64,000 nucleotides of DNA from Seison nebaliae (Eukaryota), in contig JALJEE010002051.1 of assembly GCA_023231475.1 (NCBI GenBank), positions 1 to 64,000 on the forward strand, in the 5' to 3' direction. Shown here one piece after another: positions 26,101 through 38,900 of the stretch. A program made the position numbers and the translations under genes. The notes below the pieces were generated by a model that saw only the letters and a program-made list of their open reading frames with translations, searched no databases and was not told the origin of the DNA. Each line of letters starts with the position of its first letter. The first letter of the stretch is position 1.

Positions 26101-29100
26101 GCTAATTACATTGTCCCACGCACACACACACCATACACGTGCAACATTTGTGAATTGTGTTGCGATTAATATTTCGTCTTCATCTTTTACAAAACTACTA
26201 ATTGGCAAGTAAACGAACATTTATATCTAACATATACATTCCAATATTCGTATACTCCACTACAACCTTTCCCCTACTATATCTCACTAATATTACTACT
26301 CTTATTCTTCATCTTTTTCTTTTTTTTATTTATTACTATTACTATTTCCCCTCCCTCTCATATTATAACTGGAAGTAATTATTATGATTATTATTCTCTA
26401 ACATTCTACGTGACAATCCATTTCCAAGTGCGAGAAGAACCTTCGATTTGAGGAGTGCACCAAATCTGCACAAATAACATATGTGCCAGTCCATTGAATT
26501 GCGACATGTCTGACATTATACAAATTGAACGTAATTGATAATGAGAAGTTGATTGATAAGATATATTATCATGAAATTGATTCAAGTTAACTTAAAATCT
26601 ATTAAATTTAGAAGAATCTAATTAATTTTAATGATTAATGAATAATATTCGTTTAGTTGAGCGAGACCTAATATTATTTAGTGAGTTATTCATTAAATAT
26701 TTAATGCTAAATTTAACTTTATGTGCTTTTTTTTTAGTACTTCAATATCTTCATTGGAGAATTGAAGATATTTAATTTCTCTATTGAACTACTCCGCATT
26801 TGTCGACTGACATAGTAGTGCATGGTGAAAATAATTAGTGTTTTCCGCACATCAAATAAATGTTGTAATTCTGTGCATTTGCGTGCAGATGGTATAGTAT
26901 TTTAGTGGAAAATTATTCATTCATAGTCGTTCTTCTAGTTAAGGAACCTGTCGTATATCTTAATTATGAATCGACGTGATGGAAAACATGCATTTCTCCA
27001 TCTACTAATCCATTAGTTTTAATAGGTTTCTATGGAACTCTTCCATTCTATCTCTCCTCCATTCCTTCCTATACACTTATGTAATTTGAGGTTGACGAAA
27101 AAAATCTGATTTTTTTCTTAAACCAAATTTTCTACCTTTCTCTCTTAACATCGACTTTAATGCAATTGTCATTTCTCCAGAGTATTTTTCTGAAAAGCCA
27201 TATCATAAAACTTGAGAAACGGATTATTGATCGCGCAATTAGACAACGGAAAACTGAGAATTAGAAGACATCGTCTTCATTACATATGACATCATTATCA
27301 TCATCATGAAGTGGCCACGTAGTTTCGTTCATTTTTTTTTCTTCTTCTTCTTCTTCTCTAAAATAATGCCACTTATGGCTACGGAACTGAAAGGAACTAA
27401 ATCAATACCTAAACAATTAATCATAAATCATAAACAAATAATAATTGACATTATATGCATTTCTCTTTTTCAATAGGTAAGAAGAATAATGGTGATTGGA
27501 GCGTTGGGACGGAGCTACGTGCAATTCAGCACACATGGCAAATAAAACATTTCGATACTTATTTGAATGATGTGCAGGGAAAACCGGAAAGTCATGCATT
27601 ATACAGTGCTGAAGTTGAGCTCAATCCAGCCACACTTTCTGGAGGTGCAACAAAATCGGGAAAGAATTTCCGTTTTCGTGTTGTTCTATATCCACGAGGA
27701 CGCTATGATGGAGAATGGGTAGCTTGCTTCATTGAGAACTTGAGTAAACGTCGAGTTTTCAAAGCCAGATTAGCAGTATTAGATGAAGCATATAATCCGA
27801 AATTAGTCCGAGAAACGGCACCACCCGTATTTGAACATGGGACTGGACATCATGAATCAAGCGGAGCAGTTTCAGATTCAAATTATATAATATCAAATGA
27901 TCAACATAAACGTCCACGTTTGTTTGGAACGGACAAATTATTCAAAAGACATTCAGCTGATTGTTATGTGGTGAAGAAATGTGATCGTAGTTTATTTATC
28001 AGTGCAACAATTTGGATTGTCAGTAAATGTACAACGAGTATTGGAGGAACAAATATTCCCACTTCATCATTATCATCATCACGTGGCAATACCTTCCGTT
28101 CAGTGTCACCATCAAAACGGTCAGGAACTATGGCTAGTCTCTCTTCTCATCAACATAATGTGGCTGCTCTACCATCAGCCGCTACGAATAATTCATTAGT
28201 GAATCATAATACAACGGGAACGAATGCTCTAGCACCATCCACTGGACATCCGTTAATTACACAATCAACTAGTGGATGTTCATCGGCGACAGTCACAGAT
28301 CGACGACGTTCACAATTCTCATTCTTTTGGCGTTTAAATGATTATCAAGCAATCGTTTCATCGGCCAAGAATGGTCGATATATCAAGAGCGGAGTATTTG
28401 AAGATCCACTCGAAGTTGATAATGCAAATTTGTGGAGATTACTTCTCTATCCGGCGGGAAGTAAAGGTCATGATTCACATATGTCACTTTATTTGAAATT
28501 GGAAAATGAACCGAAAGTTTTTGTTAAGACGCTTGTTGAATTTTCATTGTTTGACGAGAATGACGAATTGTTAGTGATGAAACGTGCTTATTTCCATTTT
28601 AATCGAGTATGTGGCAAAGGTTTCCATCAATTTTTTCCAATAACCAAAATTCCAGAAAGTCGATATTCCATCGTATGTCAAGTGACTACATTCGGTTGTC
28701 CCGTTAATCTGAAATTATATGGAGAGTTACCACTCCATTTACTATATCATAACAAGACGGTTGATCATGAACATATGACAGATTTGTTAACATCGATGGC
28801 ACAATTGTTAAATGAAATGGATTTGAGCGATGTCACGATAAAGACACAGACGGCCGATATGAAAGCTCATAAAATTATTTTAGCATCCAGATCATCTGTA
28901 TTCAAAGAAATGTTGAAACCGGATTTAATGCAAAAATTAGATAGTCTCATAGACCTCTCTGATACGAGTGTGGCTAGTGTTCGCTCAATGCTCAAATATA
29001 TCTATTCTGGTCAAGTAGAAATACGACCAGAAATTGCAGTTGAACTGTATTTGTTGGCAGCCAAATTCAAAATTAATGGTCTCTATACAATGTGCAAAGA

Positions 29101-29710
29101 ATATTTGTTTGCCAATACTGATCTAGATAATGTTATCGATGTATTAATTGCAGCACATATTACTCGTTCTCAAGATTTGGTAGAGAGTGCTTGGACAATT
29201 CTCTTACATAACAAACATTTGTTAGATGAACAGAAATGGAATCGTCTCAAAGAATATCCCGATCTTTTATTACAATTTGTTCAGAAGAGTGATGGGGAAG
29301 TTAATACGATCACTGCAGCTGCCACGAAAACATTGCCATCAATAACAGCGACTGCTTCTTCGACCGTTCCTCGATCGATAAGTGAGGCAGCTGGGTTGGA
29401 ACCGAGAAATCGTTCCATCAGTTCAAAACTTGCAACAGTTACTACTACGAGTGCGGTGCGTAGTAAACCGACACCACAGATCGCCCATCCAAATATCAGT
29501 GAATCGGAAGAAGAACGAAAACAGATTGTTGATAATCAAGGACGTCCCATTCTAACCACAGACAAATGTCATACGTTAGAAATTCGAACTGTGAGAGATG
29601 TGGTGAAAACAGGTCAAAATGAACAAGAAGGAACTGCATTAACGAAAGCATTATCGATCGCTGCAGATACACATGCGAATAATTCTTCGATTCTGGCTGC
29701 TTCAGCATAA
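23183..29710 (+). CDS. MATH-MATH-BTB protein (SPOP/Roadkill-like Cullin3 adaptor); putative micro-exon 23183-23189 plus large exon 27477-29710
   Basis: Two MATH-like units (HTWQIKHF...FRVVLYPRG and FFWRLNDY...WRLLLYPAG...GKGFHQF), then BTB (SDVTIK...KAHKIILASRSSVFKEML...MLKYIYSG) and BACK-like helices. Acceptor caatag at 27476 is phase 1 and fits ATGAATG|gtaagt at 23183. The 5' exon is inferred and less certain than the main exon. Confidence 0.85.
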
Positions 29711-31076
29711 CATCGAATAAGAAAAGGAAGAGTCTATGGTTCGATGGTATAATTCACAATCCGATGCTTCCTCCTCTGTATATAGGCAGTCGAATACAAA
29801 CTTAAAACAATGCAAACAATTTCAATAATGATTAATTCAATCATCATTCATTTAATCTTCTTCTTTCGTCTTTTCTTTTCCATTGGAATAATCTCTCATT
29901 CCCCTAACTTCAATTTCTCATCCATTTGACATATCAACCACTCAAAACCCAGCAAACTTTGTTAATCTTGTTTAAATTAAGGTTGGCTTAAATGTATAAC
30001 GAAGGACCAAATGGAATAAGGAATCTTCTTCTTTCATTCTCCTCTTCTTCATCCTCTTCCTCTACTTCTTCTTCTTCTTCTTCTTCTTCTTACCAAACAA
30101 AACACATACACTTCCTCAACCAAACATTATATGTCGTTCTCGATTTGTAACCAATCGAAGTGAATATTTTCATTTCTTCATCCGTTCTTCTCACTCTTAA
30201 CAACCTTATCTACGTTACACATTTCGCCACACATTGAACCGCACCTGATCGAGACAAATATTTTCATCTCCAAACGATTCATCCACACATCGATCGATAT
30301 CCAATCTTCTTACAGAATTTATTACAACCTCATTTGACTGAAAAGCAAAAAATTATTGCCTCATACTTTGACATACCGCTTTCTATTTTTTTGTCGATTA
30401 AATTCTTCTTTACTAACAACTTTCTCATTTATAAAGTCTCGTTCGAAATCCAATCGTCTGTCGATAATGGTGAACAGCTGCTAAAAGGATTCATTCGGAT
30501 GATGGAACATAAACCATTAGTTCTAAAGTCTTCATTCTATAAACACATTATCCATCTACTACTACTAATTCGCTGTTGAATTGGTTAAATGTGAAAAAAT
30601 GAGGAATTGGCTTCACACAAATATAAATATTCATAACAACTTCTCATTCAAATTTCCTTAGTTAACGACTAAGTTCGAATGGACGAAAAATTTGTCCATT
30701 GTCGAAGAAAGAGGAATAATTTGCCCTTTCTTCCACCAATTCTTATTATCTAATTTCAGATGTTCGATCAATTTGAAATGATAAGAGAATTTATGCAACA
30801 AGGAGTAAACCTGAAATTAACATGTCGTTCATGTCGTTCAATTAACTAACACTGATAGAAAGGACGACAGGAATAGAAATCTAAGAAACTATCTTTAATT
30901 ATACTATCATCTTCTTCTATCATTTTTCCTTTCTTTCAAATTTCAAGTTTCAATTTTTCACTTCAATTTGGTTGACGAATATAAATATTTATTTATGTTA
31001 AAATAACTTCATATTATTTTTTTTCACATAAAGTAAATGTCTATACATCTTTACTTCTTTTACTACCTAACAATTT

Positions 31077-31460
31077 GATTCTAGGATGATTCCCCCATTG
31101 GAAAATTCCCCACAAAAATTTTAAAAAATTTTTATTGTCCTTTTTTTCAATGAATTTTTTTCTGAACCATAAAAAATTTAATATTTTTAGAAAGACCAAT
31201 TCATGCTCTTTGATTTAAACTATGATTAACTATGATTTAAACAAAAAATATTAAAATCGGTTCAGTATAACATGATTAATTGCTTGTTGAAAATCGTAAT
31301 ATTTTAGCAAAAATGGTAGGTAATAAAGAGGATATTATAGATTCCAGGTCATATTTCTTACAATTTTTAAATTTTTTTAGTGTCTTAGGACAATATTTTT
31401 TTCGGTTCTGTCCCAAAATTTTTGTGGGGAATTTTCCAATGGGGGAATCATCCTAGAATC
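31077..31460. mobile_element. MITE with 46-bp perfect TIRs and 9-bp TSD (Mutator-like, non-autonomous)
   Basis: GATTCTAGGATGATTCCCCCATTGGAAAATTCCCCACAAAAATTTT at 31077-31122 is exactly inverted at 31415-31460. TAACAATTT is duplicated at 31068-31076 and 31461-31469. Confidence 0.92.
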
Positions 31461-32123
31461 TAACAATTTTCACTAATTTATTTCTGTTTTCTCCCAACAA
31501 TGTCCATCGACCCAAATCGAATTGAATTATCCAACTAAAACTCTTGAAATTTTCCTTAAACTTGACATGAATATGATTTTCCTACATAACATACAACATT
31601 GACTAATTAAAAATCCAATTTCTTTCATTTCTTCGGTTGCTTATCTTTTGCTTTTCCTTTTTTCTCTCTCCTGTTCAATTCATGAATACTCCCTCGATGA
31701 CCTAATACATAATGCACTTAATTTCTGTTTGAACTAGCTTTTGAATTACTGTCAGTTAATAAATATTTAGAACTAAAGTTGAGGTCATAGATACAATTGT
31801 AATGTTGTAACATATAATATAATAATAGAATTGATCGGATAAATATAATTTCATTTATAATAACTGATTTGAAATACCGTCATCGGATCATTCTTAATAA
31901 TTCTTTCGGGTTCTTTTAAAAAACTATAAATAAATAAATATATATACTGTTGAGTGATATTAATCGAGCTAACTTTTGAAATTTTTCGTAACTTGAATCT
32001 ACTACAAAAATTGAAGAATAATTGAGTTGAGGATCTTATGTAGACTACATTTCTAATAGCAACGCGAGTCTTTGAGAATAAAACACAGAAATTTGATTTA
32101 TCAGGTTCTTATGTTTTACTGAA

Positions 32124-34182
32124 ATGGGAAAAGTTACGAAGAAATCGAAAGTTCCGTTGACAGATGAAGAACGTGTTCAGCAAATGCAGAAGAAGTTGCA
32201 GCTGGAGAAAGACGTGCAACGGAACAAGGAGAATCTTCTCAGAGAATTTTTAAAAGTTGAACTTATAACTATAAAATGGAAATTTAATTGATTTCAAATG
32301 AAATTTGTCAAATGTAGGAAAAATTAGAAAAAGAAGAAAAATTTACTGGATTCAACCAACATAAATTGACACAACAATGGAGATCGATCATGAGAGAAGC
32401 GAAAACGAAGGAACTTCAGAAAGACATTCAGATTCTCAGTCAGACATTCGAAAGAATTCTTGATCGAAAGGACAGTGTAATTTCATTGTTGACGAGAGAG
32501 ATAGAGGAAGCAGAAGAACAATTTGAAATGGTGGTGGGTAGTCATCGATGTATGTTGGATACGATTGAAAGTTAACTATTTGAAAAATAAAGTAAGAAAA
32601 TGCAATAATCTCTTTAGCTAATCATACGAGTCGTCTAGATTTATACGGAAAACATTATGAAAGTTCAGTTTATAATCTCTTGAAAGATTTCGACAGTTAT
32701 CATCGACGAATGACAAATGAACATAATTCCCGTATGGAACAATTGCAGCAAATCAATTATGCGATGGATCAACAACAATATGAATATAATGAAGAGGAGC
32801 GTGCTAATATTTATGCGTTAAAAGATGAAATACGAACAAGAGTTATCATCTCTCATTATGAATTGATTTCATTAAAATTTTATAGAATTTAGAAGCAAAG
32901 AATCAATTGAAATTACAATTAGAGAGTCAAATCGAACAATTATGGAATCAATTCCATGTCGTTACAAAGAATTATCAAGATGCGACAGAAGGTCGAAAAA
33001 AAACGTTTGAAGAATTGGGAGCTAAAGACGAAAAATCGGCGAAAAAGATTGAGATGCAATCGGAAAAATTGAAAAAATTATTTGTTTCATTCCGTTTCCT
33101 GTGAAGCGTTCCCTCATCTTATGGAATTTTTAGGAACAAATTAATGGATATAAATCGAAATTATTATTGAATTCGAAAGAAGCTGAATCACTTCAGACAT
33201 TATTTCGTGAAGTTAATTCTCTTCTTTTTTCTTCACATTTGAATGATGAAATGGTTGTGATTAGAATAAGGATCTGATGTCAACACAATTTCATGAATTG
33301 AAGCAGCAAATGAAATGGAGTGAATGTTTAATGAGTGAGAGATTGAAAGAAGTAGCAGTTTCCAGTTCAACTGCTTATAATGTACTGGAAAAATTCTTGG
33401 ACATCGTTAGTGTTATCATTTTGAAAAGGAACATAACAAATAACTCATAATTGGAAGGGTCGATCGATATTGAAGTTAGCAGAAATGGCGAGAAAGAATG
33501 AGATGGAGAGTGAGAAATTACTTCCATTCTACAACGAATCATTGACAGCAAACGAATTGGCTGGGGTGAAAGAACATCGACTACGGAAAACGAGTAGTCT
33601 TTCGAATATGGTTCAATTTTTTATGAAATTCTCGTTCTTTTTTTTCATTCAATTCTTAAATATTCAAATGTTTATTTAGAATTCTATTAGTAATTAAAGT
33701 ATAAATTAGAAATAAATTTTTTTTATTATAATTAGAAAAAATATTTATTTTTTAATTATTTTGAATTAGATTGTTCAATAAATTTTCATTATTATTATTT
33801 ATTTTCCTCTTTTAGTATAACGCGAATGATGAAATGATGGAAAGCTTTTGGAAAAGATACAATCATGTTGAATTACATGTGTTGACAGAGCGTGAAGAGC
33901 GTCATCGCTTAACTGATGAAAATCGAAGATTGAAACTATTTTTGAAGCAATATTTAGACGGCGTCTCTGTCACGAGTGAAACAATCAATGAAGCCAATTC
34001 TCTGTTACTAGTGAATAAGTGCAATCTGAAAACGTTTCTATCATTTACTTTCGATTCAATCAGATATTATATGAACTTTTCTTTATAGAAATCTTCATCG
34101 TCAACGACGCAGTTTGACAGCATCGAACAGTGGCGGACGATTACAGCGAGAGCTTGTGCAGACTATGGCGAATTATCAATGA
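32124..34182 (+). CDS. CCDC65: Dynein regulatory complex subunit 2 (CCDC65/DRC2), 9 exons
   Basis: Spliced product reads MGK...PLTDEE...LLREFLK|EKLEKEE...QWRSIMREAKTKELQKDIQILSQTFER...EKLLPFY...FWKRYN...LKQYLDGVSV. Introns 32256-32317, 32571-32617, 32842-32885, 33084-33133, 33212-33264, 33406-33457, 33611-33815 and 34034-34088 all keep the frame. Confidence 0.93.
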
Positions 34183-34457
34183 TCCTTGAGAAAAGACGTC
34201 ATTCGAAGGAAAAATGCGAAAATAAATTACGTCCTTTCCCAACTAGTTTGATGAGTTTCGCTCTATACTCCCAACTTGAATTCGACTTGTCACTGATGAT
34301 TTATCGATGAATTACGATATGTTCATTTCGAGTAGTAATGAAATAAAATCTATTAATGAATTATACGACGGTGGTAGAGATGGAAGTGTTGAAAATGAGG
34401 ATCATGTGCAGCTCTTTGTAATAATATGATAATTGATGAGTTTAAGAGAATATATAA

Positions 34458-34530
34458 GTGTGTGTCCATGTGTGTTCTTGTGTGTATTTGTGTGTTTTTC
34501 TGTGTATTCTTGTGTGTGTGTGTATGTGTG
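34458..34530. repeat. Imperfect (TG)n microsatellite
   Basis: gtgtgtgt-rich tract; a (CA)n tract also lies at about 34868-34910. Confidence 0.75.
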
Positions 34531-37500
34531 TCTGTTGGGAAAAGATGGATGGATTGGTGCTCGACTTTGCAAATAAATTTAATTCCGGATTAATGTCGAC
34601 ACATCACCAAATAATTCGAAGTTCCAAATTGTCCAATACAGCTGGTGGACGACATAGCCAATGTTACGTGTACAACGGGAAAGTTTATTGCGATGGAATG
34701 AGGAAGAACATATAGAATTATTATAAGAATGAAGCAAACAGTAAAATATGATGATATTCTTTCTGGAAGTAATGATATAATGAATTTGCTTGTGTTCTTT
34801 CGTTCTTCTTCCGAGATGAATCAATTTAGGAAATTTATAACTAAATTAATCGTTGGTATCATCTCTATACACACACAGACACACACACACACAAACACAC
34901 AGACACACAACATATGAGAATGATGAAGATGTGCAGTGGATAAAATGTAAAAGACTCATAACTGAATGAATGTCGAATTAGAGTGGAAGATTTTCTTTTA
35001 TTATTCTAAAGAGTATCTTTATTTAAGATGAATCATTTTACTTGATACTTAGATTGAGTGCCGAAGGCCGATTATGGAAATAAGAGTTTATTGGAATGAT
35101 TAACATACTGTTGCCGAATAGAAGAATGCTAACGTCACTTTTTTTTCCGTTACATCTTCCTCTCCATTTCCTCGACACTTATCAATGAAGAATTGTCATA
35201 TATTCTCCTTTTTCTCTAAATTCATCAACTTTACTTATCATCCTTCTTTCCATGAGAAGAAATTGATTTCAAAAACATTTCTTCTTCTTCTTCTTTCGAA
35301 TCGTTTAATTGAGTCGTTAATCTCACATCGAATCGTTTCGAAAGCAATCTTTCCACCAGATAAAGCTCAACATACTCAACGAAACAAATAGTCCGAACAG
35401 GAAGTTCAAAACTGAACAGAGTAATAAAGCGTCATTATCTCCAATCGCTACTTATCAATAACTTCTTCCATCTCTCATCATATCGTTCGGTGATTGTACT
35501 ATCATCGATTAGCTGTTATGGAGAATTCCATTTCGTTTCCATCGTTCTCATTGCCCTCCCTGTTGAGGTTGGCCGAGAAAATGGAATGAGTAGAATGTAA
35601 TCACTCAATTGACGTGTTGATAGCGATATGAAAGCTTCTCACATCGAATTAATTAATGAAGAAATAGTACGAGATTGACATGCCAATTAATTGGAATGCT
35701 CCCAACACAGATCGGATGATAATCTACTCCCATCGTTCACTCTTCAAACTTTGCGTCGATTCTGACATGTCTCATGATCCAGTTCTGGAAATCGAACTAA
35801 ATTCACGTTTCTTATTCCACGTCGTGGAGTTGGAGTTGGAAGGAAACTTTCCTTCCAGAACACATACCATGTTTATCATTTATATTGAACAGATCTGCCC
35901 TACACCTCTCTTCCACCAATATTTCCAAATAAAACATGTCTATTAGAGATGCACCGATTATCATCATCATCATCATCATCATCATACTTCTCAACATAAT
36001 TATTGTTATTCCTCCTTCAATGGGAACATATTCTTTCTTCCTATATATCTACCACTCTTCTTCTTATCAACCGCTTTCATTTGCTTCGTTAACCGATACA
36101 ACTGGATGTGTATATACTGACTGATGAGAGTTTGGAATAGGTACATGAAACAGACTGTTCCTAGTCCCGAAGATAAACGGGAAGAATTGTGCAGTCCAAC
36201 CACACACTCTTCCACGTATGTTTAGTAGAAAGAATAAGTTAATAATTTCTCCAATTGTTGGTGTTTCCGTTTGCTATGTGTAACTCAACCGTAATAGGTG
36301 TACACATCAAGATTTATTTATATTATCGACAATTCATAAAGTGCATACATCCTAATCTCCATGTTAATTTCCATGATTTAAAGCTTTCTTCTGCATTCGA
36401 CCGTCTTCCAATGTTAAACGTCTTCTCAGTTGAGACAGCGCTTACTTATACGCATATGTTCGTCTGACAGTTCGGGAGAGATATCTCATGGGATTAGTGG
36501 ATGAATTCAGAGCGAAATAATCTGTTGAATCATCATTGAAAGTTTTTTCATTAAATTCTTTTATATATCTCTCTCATTCGTTCTATTTAGTTAATAATCT
36601 ATCAGATAGAATTCTATTAGAAGCTATTATAATCCATCTCATCAGATTTCCATCGAAATCATTTCTCCACTCCACCCAAATTCGTTTGTTCTCAAAATTG
36701 ATTTATGAATCTCAATTGCTCTTTTTCATCTTCTTAATCGTTTAATAGAAATTATGAAAATTGTAATTGGCATCATAAATTTCATGAATGTAAATGAATA
36801 AGCGGAAAAATATTAAGGAATTTATTCAAAAAAAAACTATTTGATGGAAAATAGAAATTTTTCTCATTTAACTTGTTGCCAATCTTTACCGTAAAAAGGA
36901 ATCCATTGACAACAATCCAAAGGTCAACTGTTATGAGAGAATGAAGTGGAACGGAGATATTTGAAATCGTTTGAGAAATTGACGGTTCTCCGACGAAAAT
37001 GAAATTAATTGGAAATTAAAATTTTCGATGAATTTTCTATTATCATTTCTGATTTTGCGACATGGCAAAAAATGTGGATGGAAGACGCTGATTATGAAGT
37101 CTAATAATTATAAGTAATGACTGAAAATGACTACGATCGACTAATTCGAGAATTCTCGTACCGAGGAACCGTCAGCCTATTACATAATTCCATTAGTTGT
37201 ACTCATCGTCATTTCATTCGACATTTCCGGTTGATGGCGCTGTCTTCCCGCATTCATCGTTCTACGTCACCGTCGCCCATCAGTAAATGAATTAGAGAAG
37301 CGGAAGGCAGTTCTATTTCAAGTCTAGTGACGGTTATATGATTTTTGATAGAGAAATTCCTCTTTCTATTCTCTTCTTGTATGACTTCTCTGACAAAAGG
37401 AAAAAGTTTTGTCGCAGGAAAATCTTCTTATTATCGTCAACCAATTCTCCCTTCCACGCCGTTACTCCTCTATGAGTTGGTGACATTCTTTCTCATTCCA

Positions 37501-38900
37501 ACCAATTCTCATTCTTTTGTTGCCATGTGATTATTATGATATTCTAATTGTTTACTGATTTTATAATGGAAGGAGTGACGATGCACTGACATGATAGTTC
37601 TCCTTCTTCACTCCGCTTCACTATATTTCTCTAGAAATGTCGAAGAGAATGCAATCTTTAACCACATTAATAAATTTGGTAAGGAGAATGAATGATCTCA
37701 AATCGAACCGACCGATTCTTTCCTCCTTGCTACTACGTCTTATTCCTCATATTAATTCTCACTCGAATTCACATTCTTTTGCGGTAGAACAACTCCCAAC
37801 GTATTCTCTTAGTGAATGTTTAGTTTAATAGTGGATGATGATAATAATTAGAATTAATAAAGAATGACAATCATCAAGTAGTGGGATGAAAGTTGTCGTT
37901 GATGTGGGGAAGAAGTTTTTGATACTAAATGAATCGGATTCATTGCCCTCTTCCCTTCCACCACATGCCTTCCCAATTACGAAAGATTACGTCTCATAAC
38001 AATGGGGAGGGGAAAGGATGCAATCAAAACGGTTCCTCCATAAAGGAAGTAACAATTAGATGCATTACAATTAACAAACGTCATCAAACGACCATTGTCA
38101 TTACATACATCAGAAGATGATTCAATCGACAAAGAAATCTATTGTCTATTATGAGAAGATTTATACAGAAAAAACATTATGTATACACCAATCACTGTTA
38201 GGTTGTATATATATGTGCTCTCAGTGCTTAATCTCCAAATGTGGACGGACTAGAAAAACGAGCAGTAATATCAATTGCAGTTCGTCTTCTCATTTTATTT
38301 AGTAGTCAATCCATCCATCCGCTCCATTCTTCCTATCCATGAGCACACGCACACATATGCTCGCCCCGGAAGGTGAAAGAAGGAAAAAATAATTTTAGTC
38401 CTTTAAGTACCGGGACATATCCTTTCCATATTGCCACTCCATTCACTTTCTTTTTGTTGAACATAATCGTCAACTTTTATCAATAACGTACTACTCTTCG
38501 AATGGAGAAGGACGATGGAAAAAAGAAAAATACAAGAGATTATACATTTAAATAATAAATAATTTCAATTCCTGGTTCAATTATGCATTCAGTGTATTTG
38601 CAACTTATTAATTACTTCTTCTTTTTTTGTCACTCGGACAAGGCTATCATGATCGTTATTTGTGACAGTTGACTGGTCTTCATTCACCAATATTTCCATT
38701 ATCCAATCTATCCATTTCTAATTCTAATACTAATTCGTTTTTAACAATCGAACATTTGTTACGAATTAATCGACAAAATGTTTTTCCCGTTAACGTTCAC
38801 CAATCCTTTTTCATAACATCCTTTCTCAGATGAAATAATTATTCCGAGACTAAATTTCTCTCCTTCGCAATTATCGGCAATGTAATATCGTATTTGTAGC

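Noticed and set aside
26815..26900. Two small hairpins with an AAATAA hinge in the long intron (H/ACA-like)
   Set aside because: Stems are short, and there is no guide pocket and no ACA box.
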